From: Methanoculleus sp. SDB | GTDB lineage: Archaea; Halobacteriota; Methanomicrobia; Methanomicrobiales; Methanomicrobiaceae | DNA length: 24,000 nt | Direction: 5' to 3' | NCBI GenBank assembly: GCA_001412355.1 | Contig: LKUD01000033.1 | Coordinates: 39,179-63,178, forward strand | Shown here: piece by piece, positions 16,847 through 23,347 of the stretch | Layout of the letters: every line of letters starts with the position of its first letter | Numbering within the stretch: position 1 is the first letter of the stretch | Translations under genes and position numbers: made by a program | The notes under the pieces: generated by a model | What the model was told of the DNA's origin: nothing | The model's database searches: none | Seen by the model: only the letters and a program-made list of their open reading frames with translations

Positions 16847-17518
16847 TCACGTATGTCTGATTGCGATGTCGGAAAGCACGTTCGCCGCATCTTCGCACTT
16901 GTCCGTCGCCATCTCGAGATTCCCGTAGATGTCCTTGAGCTTGATGATCTGGATGGCGTCATCCGAGTGGAAGAGTTTACGGAGTGCATGGCCCAGCACA
17001 TCGTCCGCGAGGTTTTCGAGGCGGTTGACCTCAATGCATCGTTCTTCAATATTCTTCGCGTTTTTCATGTTGCGAACACTGTTCACGGCACTCTCCAGTT
17101 CGGTTACCGAGAAAAGGATGAGTTTTGCGAGTTCGACCATGTATTCGTCCGATTCCGCGATGTCATAGACGTACATCTGCCTCGCCGTGCCGTCGATATA
17201 ATCCAGAATATCGTCCAGTGCCGAAGCGAGCCGCGAGATCTCCTCGGGTTCGAGCGGCGTGATGAACGTCCGGTTGAGGAGTTCGTAGATTGAGTGGGTG
17301 ATCTGGTCACCTTTGTGCTCAACCTGCTTCATCTTATGGCACTTGTTCTTGATATCCTGATAGTCTTCGACCAGAACGACAAGCTGTTCGGCGGCTATTC
17401 GCACGTTAGCCGCAAGCTCCTCGAAGAGATCGAAAAAAACCTTGTCCTGCGGGACAACCCACTCTTTGATCCCCACAACGCACCACGGTAGGATTGGTGC
17501 GGCAGAGTCATAAACCAT
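16847..17518 (-). CDS. DUF47 / PhoU-like phosphate transport regulator
   Basis: Track ORF of 223 aa, 7 nt upstream of the PiT gene, which is the usual pairing. The family N-terminus is normally M-G-x-KEW..P....FF.L. An internal GTG at 17474-17476 (giving MGIKEWVVPQDKVFFDLFEE) is therefore a plausible true start. Confidence 0.88.
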   Translation of the reverse strand: MVYDSAAPILPWCVVGIKEWVVPQDKVFFDLFEELAANVRIAAEQLVVLVEDYQDIKNKCHKMKQVEHKGDQITHSIYELLNRTFITPLEPEEISRLASALDDILDYIDGTARQMYVYDIAESDEYMVELAKLILFSVTELESAVNSVRNMKNAKNIEERCIEVNRLENLADDVLGHALRKLFHSDDAIQIIKLKDIYGNLEMATDKCEDAANVLSDIAIRHT

Positions 17519-17672
17519 GTGTTGTGCCCCAAGGCTGCTCGTAATGCGGTGGACGGCTTCCGTGCAGCATTACAGGAGAAGGTGAAATCAGGCCTGTAAT
17601 GATGCGGACGCGACTGTATGCCGCTTCCGGAGGAGATAGTTATACTCAAGACTTTCTGTAAAATCTAAAATT

Positions 17673-17704
17673 TCAGAATAATCAGAATATTTATATCATT
17701 CTGA
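17673..17704. promoter_or_regulatory. hgc operon promoter with TCAGAAT repeat set flanking the TATA box (candidate operator)
   Basis: The sequence is TCAGAAT-aa-TCAGAAT-ATTTATATC-ATTCTGA. There are two direct copies (17673-17679 and 17682-17688) and one inverted copy (17698-17704). They bracket a TATA-like ATTTATAT ~40 nt upstream of ATG 17731. Confidence 0.4.
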
Positions 17705-17730
17705 CGACATATGATGGTGCAGGAAAATCC

Positions 17731-17991
17731 ATGACAGGAGAAGACATCTCCTGCAGCTGCGCTCCTGAAGCCGGCTGCAGGATTGAGGCGGTGCTCACCG
17801 TCGACGACCGGGGGCAGATGGTGCTCCCGAAGGATATCCGCGAACGGGCGGCAATCCGCCCCGGCGAGAAGCTCGCGCTGATTGCATGGGAGAAAGACGG
17901 GAGCGTCTGCTGCCTCGCCCTGATCAAGGCCGATAACCTGAGCGGTATGGTCCGGGATGTGCTTGGCCCGCTGATGAATGCGGTGGAGTGA
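17731..17991 (+). CDS. AbrB/SpoVT-like DNA-binding protein with Cys-rich N-terminus, encoded immediately upstream of hgcA
   Basis: Track ORF of 86 aa. The looped-hinge-helix core is VLTVDDRGQMVLPKDIRERAAIRPGEKLALI. Extra cysteines: CSC-x5-C at the N-terminus and a CC pair (GSVCCLALIK). Its stop (17989-17991) overlaps a GTG in the hgcA frame and lies 20 nt before the hgcA ATG. Confidence 0.8.
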   Translation: MTGEDISCSCAPEAGCRIEAVLTVDDRGQMVLPKDIRERAAIRPGEKLALIAWEKDGSVCCLALIKADNLSGMVRDVLGPLMNAVE

Positions 17992-18011
17992 TTCCACCGG
18001 AGGACGGGAGC

Positions 18012-19088
18012 ATGAGTAAAAAGATGGGAAAGCATGAGGGCAAACAGCCGTGCTGCTGTTCCTGTTCTCCGGCAGAGCAGCCCTCCTGCGATTGCGGCAC
18101 GGAAATGCCGTCGCCTCCTGAAATCAGGAATACCGGCGGAAGTCTGACATGGGCGGATCGTTTCGACCATATTGCCGCCCGGTGGGGGTACAGGCGCATG
18201 CATCACCGCGTGGAGCCGGGACTCTACCGGCTCGGTAGCCCCTCACCCGATTCTCCGGTCTTTGCATCGGCAAATTATACCCTGAGCTTCGATGCACTCC
18301 GATCATCCCTTGCCGGGACCGACTGCTTCATCCTCGTGCTGGATACGAAGGGCATCAATGTCTGGTGTGCCGCGGGAAAGGGGACGTTCGGAACCGATGA
18401 GCTTGTATTTCGGATTGCTGTAACACGGCTCAGCGACGTCGTCCGGCACCGGACGATCATCGTTCCGCAGCTCGGCGCACCCGGGATTGCGGCGCACGAG
18501 GTGCTGAGGCGATCGGGATTTTGCGTGCAGTACGGCCCGGTGCGAGCCTCCGATCTCCCGGAGTACCTGGCAACCGGAACGGCCACACCGGAGATGCGGC
18601 GGGTCAGGTTCCCGTTCAGGGACAGGATCGTGCTGATCCCCGTGGAGCTGGTCCAGGCGCTGCCGCTCACCCTGATCGCAGCCGTTCTTCTCGGGGCGTT
18701 TATCGACATGGGGGCCGCACTCAGGGTGATCGCTGCCGTCGGGGCAGGCACCGTCCTCTTCCCGGCGCTCCTCCCGGTCCTCCCGACGAAGGATTTCACC
18801 ACGAAGGGCCTGTTTCTCGGCGTTCTCGCCATGCTCCCCTTCGCGGCTCTGGATCTCTCCGCTCCGGCGGCGGGGACCCTCGCATACCTGCAGGCCGCGG
18901 CAGGGCTTCTGCTCTTCCCGGCGATCACCGCGTACCTGGCCCTGAACTTTACGGGCTGCACGCCCTATACGTCGCGGAGCGGTGTCAGGCGGGAGATCTT
19001 CCGGTACACGAAACCGCTCGCGGGCATGGCTCTGGGAGGTATCGCCCTTGCGGCAATCCTCGGAATAGTGATGGTGGTGAACGGCTGA
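18012..19088 (+). CDS. hgcA: Mercury methylation corrinoid protein HgcA
   Basis: Track ORF is 17988..19088 with a GTG start. I prefer ATG 18012 (MSKKMGKHEG) because GGAGG lies 8 nt upstream. The diagnostic cap-helix motif is GINVWCAAGKGTFGT, within a CFeSP-like corrinoid domain (LSFDALR...ILVLDTKGINVWCAAGKGTF...IVPQLGAPGIAAHEV). A C-terminal domain of ~5 TM helices follows. Confidence 0.93.
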   Translation: MSKKMGKHEGKQPCCCSCSPAEQPSCDCGTEMPSPPEIRNTGGSLTWADRFDHIAARWGYRRMHHRVEPGLYRLGSPSPDSPVFASANYTLSFDALRSSLAGTDCFILVLDTKGINVWCAAGKGTFGTDELVFRIAVTRLSDVVRHRTIIVPQLGAPGIAAHEVLRRSGFCVQYGPVRASDLPEYLATGTATPEMRRVRFPFRDRIVLIPVELVQALPLTLIAAVLLGAFIDMGAALRVIAAVGAGTVLFPALLPVLPTKDFTTKGLFLGVLAMLPFAALDLSAPAAGTLAYLQAAAGLLLFPAITAYLALNFTGCTPYTSRSGVRREIFRYTKPLAGMALGGIALAAILGIVMVVNG

Positions 19089-19408
19089 TGGCGTTTGATT
19101 CGTACACGGAAAACACGCTCCTGTATTTCCCGGAGCGGTGCATCAACTGCGGGAAATGCAGCACCGTCTGCCCTCACGGGGTCTTCGCCGCAGGTGAGGG
19201 GTGTGCCGTTCTTGCACGCCGCGAATCCTGCATGGAGTGCGGGGCCTGCATGATAAACTGCCCGGTGCAGGCGATCACGGTGGAGAGCGGCGTCGGGTGC
19301 GCACAGGCGATGATCCATGCGGCACTCACCGGAGGCGAGGAGACCTGCGGGTGCTGCGGCGAGGAAGGAGGCGGTTCCAACGGAGCGTGCTGTTCGGGGT
19401 GGGAATAG
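19088..19408 (+). CDS. hgcB: Mercury methylation ferredoxin HgcB (2x[4Fe-4S])
   Basis: The 106-aa reading frame lies inside track ORF 18521..19408: MAFDSYTENTLLYFPERCINCGKCSTVCPHG...CMECGACMINCP. It has two CxxCxxCxxxCP motifs including the hallmark CMECGA, and a Cys-rich tail (TCGCCGEE...ACCSGWE). The ATG overlaps the hgcA TGA (TGATG at 19086-19090). Confidence 0.92.
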   Translation: MAFDSYTENTLLYFPERCINCGKCSTVCPHGVFAAGEGCAVLARRESCMECGACMINCPVQAITVESGVGCAQAMIHAALTGGEETCGCCGEEGGGSNGACCSGWE

Positions 19409-19428
19409 GTTAAATACGCCAGCCAGAG

Positions 19429-19443
19429 GGAGGATTATCCTCC
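19429..19443. terminator. Perfect hairpin between convergent hgcB and rnc
   Basis: GGAGGA-tta-TCCTCC is followed on the plus strand by GGAAAATTTTATT. It sits in the 43-nt gap between two convergent stop codons and could serve both directions. Confidence 0.35.
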
Positions 19444-19451
19444 GGAAAATT

Positions 19452-20154
19452 TTATTCACCAGATACTATCGACAGCGCCTTGCGGGCGGCTTCCGTTGCG
19501 GCTTCCCGTTTCGTGGAACCGGATCCTTTTGCAATTTTTTTATCCCCGAGAGAGAGTTCTGAAATCCATTTTTTCTGATGATCAGGGCCTTCCCAGGAGT
19601 AAATGTAATTCAGTTCACCCGGTGCATGCTTCGCGACATATTCCTGAAGTCTGCCTTTATAATTTCCATCCGGATTAAAATTCTTAATTTCATCACGAAA
19701 CATACCAAGAATGACTTCACGCGCTTTTTCCAATCCTTCAGCACATCCAAGCGCACCGATAAACGCTTCAAAGGCATCAGCAATGATTTTGTCAGTAAGC
19801 CCCGTCCCTTTCCCCAGCACTATGACCTCGTCAATTTTCAGATCATTTTTCATGACGATATCAGCCGGATTTGTATTTTCCGTCACCCTCATCCTGACAT
19901 TCATCTCACCGGGGCTATAGTCCGTCGATTCATACAGGTGCCTGGCAATAATATAATCAAGAAAATAATTTCCACAAAACTCCAATCTCTCATAATCCTC
20001 GCAAAAAAAGATTTTTCTGTTTCATTTCTTCGGCGAACGAACTGTGCGTGAGAGCACGGTCATTGAGTCCGAGAGATTCATCATGAGATGTGTCAATTCT
20101 GAATTTCGGCCCGTGGAGAATATCGAGTATCTGCTGTCTCCGCGATTCTTCCAT
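19452..20154 (-). pseudogene. rnc: Ribonuclease III gene interrupted by a +1 frameshift in a T7 run
   Basis: Manual translation from ATG 20152-20154 gives MEESRRQQILDILHGPKFRIDTSHDESLGLNDRALTHSSFAEEMKQKNLF, an RNase III N-terminus (ALTHSS). The frame breaks at the coding-strand T7 run (plus-strand A7 at 20003-20009). The next frame, which includes track ORF 19452..19985, continues CEDYERLEFCGNYFLD...ADAFEAFIGA plus a dsRBD (GPDHQKKW...GSGSTKREAATEAARKAL). The span is 703 nt, and removing one T restores a 233-codon ORF. Confidence 0.8.
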
Positions 20155-20228
20155 AATAAATCAATAAAACGGTGAGCGCATAAACGATTTCTCCGGATAA
20201 AATACCGAACCGGAGGCTACCGCCGGGA

Positions 20229-20810
20229 TTACCGGCGGATAATGCACGCCTCAAGGGAGCGCTTGGGGACATGGTGCACGCCACGTGCGTCCCGCCAGTA
20301 CCGTGTGTCGCCGGATTCGGGCAGCGGCTCGATGACGATGGTTTCTGCAGGATAGCCGAGTGCGATAACAAGCCGGATCGCGTAGTCGTCCGCGAGGTCG
20401 AGGACGGACCGCAGCGCATCCTTCCGGATCGAGCCCATCATGCAGCCGGCAAGCCCTCGTTCCGCCGCAGCGAGCAGGATCGTCTGGGCCGCGATCCCGA
20501 TGTCATAGCAGGGATCAAAGGCAGGGTTCGGTTCGGTCACGATCGTAATATATGCCGCGGGCCGCTCCCCGCGTGCCGGCCCGTCCCATTCGGGAAGATC
20601 GAGGGCCCATACCAGGCAGTCGGTGATGCGTTCGGTCTCCTCCGGATCAATCGAGAGCACGTAGCGGAGCGGCTGCCGGTTCCGGGCCGAGGGGCAGAAC
20701 CGGGCGATGTCGATGAGATCGCGGAGGGTCTCGTTGGGGATACGCTCTTTTTCACGGAAGCGGCGGGTGCTTCGTGAGGTGGTAACGAGCGTTCGGATCT
20801 GATCCTGCAT
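20229..20810 (-). CDS. Nitroreductase-family flavoprotein
   Basis: Track ORF of 193 aa. The nitroreductase N-terminal signature is TSRSTRRFREKERIPNETLRDLIDIARFCPSARNRQPLRYVL. The stop codon sits in the loop of a perfect hairpin, CCGCCGG-gatta-CCGGCGG (20220-20238). Confidence 0.9.
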   Translation of the reverse strand: MQDQIRTLVTTSRSTRRFREKERIPNETLRDLIDIARFCPSARNRQPLRYVLSIDPEETERITDCLVWALDLPEWDGPARGERPAAYITIVTEPNPAFDPCYDIGIAAQTILLAAAERGLAGCMMGSIRKDALRSVLDLADDYAIRLVIALGYPAETIVIEPLPESGDTRYWRDARGVHHVPKRSLEACIIRR

Positions 20811-21013
20811 GATGACTGGAGGGAGGGGAGGGGTAGTAAAGGGATCGGCGTTTCGGAGTGGCCTCCCGAAAAACGGGCTTTACATTACCCGGCGAGCCGT
20901 GAGCTTTACAATAATCGCAACCTGGGACGAACATCGGACCGATCAGGACAACCGAAAGCGCATCGCTTTTGAGAAATGCCGCGAAATATCTCCGTACCAT
21001 ACAGGGAGCCACC

Positions 21014-21679
21014 ATGAAAGCGGAAGAACATTTTAATGATACGGCCGACCGCTATGAAGGCCTCATCGTGAATATCATCCCGAATCCCGCTCTTTTCTTT
21101 GATTCGGCACTTGACTGCATCCCGGACGGACGGATAACCGTTCTCGAACTGGGCAGCGGAACGGGGTATGTCACAGAACAGATTCTTCGAAAAAATCCGG
21201 ACGCGGAGATTACCTGCATCGATATGACGCCGGAAATGCTTTCCATCGCCCGGAAAAAACCGACTCTTGCCGGTGTTGCGTTCCTGGAAGGCGATTTCAG
21301 GGATGTATGGCCTGACGGTCAGTTCGACGTCGTGATCACGACCCTCTGCCTTCACCATCTGCCGGATGCGGATCGGGCGACGATCGTCCGCCGTATCCAT
21401 ACGTCCCTGAACAACGGCGGGCGCTTCATCAACGGGGATGTCTTCAAACCCGACCATGCCTGGGAGGAGGCCATATACAGCACCCGATGGGGCCGGTACA
21501 TGACGGACCACGGCCTTTCCGAACCGGAGGCGGAGGGCATGCTGGCCAAGCGGGAAAAGAGCTATGGCTTTATCGACACCTTCGAACAGTACCGGCAGAA
21601 GCTCATCGATGCCGGGTTCGGGCGGATTTTCTTCCCGTATCATTATGACTTTTACGGCGTTTTCATCGCATTCCGATGA
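21014..21679 (+). CDS. Class I SAM-dependent methyltransferase
   Basis: Track ORF is 20969..21679. The start was moved to ATG 21014 (MKAEEHFNDTADRYEG), which has GGGAG upstream. Motif I is VLELGSGTGYVT, followed by the acidic post-I CIDMTPEML and motif-II-like FDVVITTLCLHHL. Confidence 0.88.
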   Translation: MKAEEHFNDTADRYEGLIVNIIPNPALFFDSALDCIPDGRITVLELGSGTGYVTEQILRKNPDAEITCIDMTPEMLSIARKKPTLAGVAFLEGDFRDVWPDGQFDVVITTLCLHHLPDADRATIVRRIHTSLNNGGRFINGDVFKPDHAWEEAIYSTRWGRYMTDHGLSEPEAEGMLAKREKSYGFIDTFEQYRQKLIDAGFGRIFFPYHYDFYGVFIAFR

Positions 21680-21696
21680 AATGCCGGGATGACAAT

Positions 21697-21936
21697 CGCT
21701 GTTTTCCGCCGGGAATCCTGCATGGAGTGGGGGGTTTGCATGAAAAAATGCCCGGTAGGGCGATCGCGGTGGAGAACAGCGTCGGATGTGCACAGGAGAT
21801 GATCCAGGCCACTCTCACCGGCGGCGAGGCAACCTGCGGGTGCTGCGGTGAGGAGGAGGGTTGCACGGGAGGAGCGTGTTGTTCCGTGTGGAAATGGCGG
21901 ATATCTTGGGCCATATTTTTTCAGGGAAACGAATAA
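21697..21936 (+). pseudogene. Degenerate partial copy of hgcB (3' half: second Fe-S motif plus Cys-rich tail)
   Basis: Nucleotides ~21697-21897 align by eye with hgcB 19205-19405, with roughly four of five bases identical. The CMECGACMINCPVQAITVE equivalent reads CMEWGVCMKKCPV, showing a Cys->Trp change (TGC->TGG). A 1-nt deletion follows (ccggtgcaggcgatc vs ccggta-gggcgatc). The tail is in frame in track ORF 21676..21936 (VENSVGCAQEMIQATLTGGEATCGCCGEEEGCTGGACCSVWK). The original stop is replaced by TGG. The first Fe-S motif and the N-terminus are absent. Confidence 0.75.
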
Positions 21937-22189
21937 ACTCCCTTTTAATGAAAGGGTGGGAACATTACTCCCTGAAATAATGAGCATATTCTTTTCTCGA
22001 TACTCAGAAAGCACCTGAATATTACACAAAATTCCAACCATTTTTCCGCCATTTCCCTTCTTGATAAATTCGGTGAGATCTGTTTGAATAACGTGAAACA
22101 TGCACGCACGGATACCCTTTATAGATCATTGGGTAATGTACTATCACGGGCAGGCTTTCCAGTCTGCATGATCTTTGGGGTGCGATGCA

Positions 22190-22423
22190 ATGAAACACCT
22201 GAATTACCGTATTCTCCTCCGGAAGGAGCCTGAAGGCGGGTATACAGTCACAGTACCGACGCTTCCCGGCTGCGTCACCTTCGGGGAGACCGTTGATGAG
22301 GCCATAGCGATGGCACGGGAGGCAATCGGGCTCTATATCGAGGACCTCCGGGAGAAGGGCGAGGACATTCCTACCGAGGAAGGACTTCTCGAATACACCG
22401 TCACAATCGAAGCCCATGCCTAA
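22190..22423 (+). CDS. hicB: HicB-family antitoxin (UPF0150)
   Basis: Track ORF is 22175..22423 with a TTG start. ATG 22190 gives MKHLNYRILLRKEPEGGYTVTVPTLPGCVTFGETVDEAIAMAREAI, the canonical HicB N-terminal fold. It overlaps hicA by 8 nt. Confidence 0.85.
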   Translation: MKHLNYRILLRKEPEGGYTVTVPTLPGCVTFGETVDEAIAMAREAIGLYIEDLREKGEDIPTEEGLLEYTVTIEAHA

Positions 22424-22637
22424 ACTTCCGGCGCTCACGCCCCAGAAAATCATTAAAATTCTGGAAAAGAGAGGATTTGTGCTAAGCCGGATCAAGGGAA
22501 GCCATCATCTGTTCTATCATCCGGAGACGAAGCGCCGGGTTGTTGTCCCCGTGCACAAACGCGATCTCCCGGCCGGTACGCTTCTGGAGATCCTCAAGCA
22601 GGCCGGAATCGATCGGGACGAAATTCTGGACCTTTAA
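22416..22637 (+). CDS. hicA: HicA-family mRNA interferase toxin
   Basis: Track ORF of 73 aa: LTPQKIIKILEKRGFVLSRIKGSHHLFYHPETKRRVVVPVHKRDLPAGTLLEILKQAGI. This is the typical HicA/YcfA dsRBD-like pattern with the catalytic GSH. Confidence 0.9.
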   Translation: MPKLPALTPQKIIKILEKRGFVLSRIKGSHHLFYHPETKRRVVVPVHKRDLPAGTLLEILKQAGIDRDEILDL

Positions 22638-22653
22638 TACAAGTTTTAATACA

Positions 22654-22676
22654 AGATCTGCCGCACAGGCAGATCT
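22654..22676. terminator. Perfect 9-bp hairpin after hicA
   Basis: AGATCTGCC-gcaca-GGCAGATCT lies 17 nt after the hicA stop. It is preceded by a tandem TTAATACAAG x2 (22634-22643 and 22646-22655). No T-run follows, so its function is uncertain. Confidence 0.35.
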
Positions 22677-23098
22677 GCTGTTATGAGAAAGGGAAAAAAT
22701 TATTCCGGGGAAACACGTACCCGGATTTTTCCCAGGCCTCACGCGTCGCCGGGTTTCTCCGGAGATACTCATCCACAATCCGTTTTTCCACGGTGTTCAG
22801 CGGGCACGAGAAGTTGATACGCATACTGCCAGTAGTAGACCTTCATAATCTGCAGAAATACCGCAGACGCCGCCAGCGTCAGCAGGAACGTGCCGACTGC
22901 GCCCGCAAGCGCAATCACCCCGCGGCCTCTACTATGTACTATGCCTAGGTCTTTGGGGAATTTTTCGGCCTGCGTTTCTGAAAAAATCAGGGAATCACAG
23001 GAATTATCCTAGGTAACATCTAGGGCACAATCCAAGGACAATTCACGAACGCGGTTCGTTCGTCGAAAGAGACTATTAACAACCCCTATAGCGATATT

Positions 23099-23347
23099 CT
23101 AACGAAAAATTCGTTTATCTGCTAATATACGGAAGGTTCTCGAAAAGAAAGCGCGTTGGTATGAAAGCGCCATGATATCGTTGTATTCATCGACTCCCAA
23201 GTAGTTCCACCAATTAGCATTCCAATTTGTCTCTGCAAGTTCCCGGTGTTCAAGCCCTTTGATGATGATATCAGCCGATGGAATAGGCGAGCCGCCCAGT
23301 GTTCGAAGAATACCGAGCATCGGGAGTTTATCCCTCTCGGTGAACAT
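23099..23347 (-). CDS. Hypothetical protein or gene fragment, no recognisable family
   Basis: Track ORF of 82 aa in a low-G+C stretch. The frame stays open ~25 codons upstream of the ATG (..RRRTGHTYIPEG-MFTERDK), so it may be the tail of a decayed longer gene. I recognise no motif. Confidence 0.3.
   Translation of the reverse strand: MFTERDKLPMLGILRTLGGSPIPSADIIIKGLEHRELAETNWNANWWNYLGVDEYNDIMALSYQRAFFSRTFRILADKRIFR

Noticed and set aside
17988-18011. A GTG at 17988 as the hgcA start, which would overlap the AbrB-like gene stop by 4 nt.
   Set aside because: This is not excluded, but ATG 18012 has a GGAGG 8 nt upstream and the extra 8 residues (IPPEDGS..) add nothing recognisable. The feature is reported from 18012 and the alternative is noted.
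18521-19087. The upstream 189 codons of the 295-aa track ORF that contains hgcB.
   Set aside because: This part overlaps hgcA out of frame and is Arg/Gly/Pro-rich. The recognisable HgcB sequence begins exactly at ATG 19088, overlapping the hgcA stop.
21620-21696. Possible extension of the hgcB homology into the methyltransferase C-terminus (FYGVFIAFR versus HgcB PHGVFAAGEG). This would imply a gene fusion.
   Set aside because: Only about 13 of 18 nucleotides match, with indels needed right after, and the residues fit an ordinary class I methyltransferase terminal beta-strand. This is not distinguishable from chance without a statistical alignment.
21652-22101. A 149-aa minus-strand ORF spanning the hgcB remnant and the AT-rich spacer.
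   Set aside because: Its C-terminal two thirds are the antisense shadow of the hgcB-like repeat. The N-terminal part has no recognisable motif and no upstream expression signals that I can support.
22482-22778. A 98-aa minus-strand ORF opposite hicA.
   Set aside because: It is antisense to a canonical HicA gene, has a low-complexity Arg/Leu-rich translation and carries no motif.
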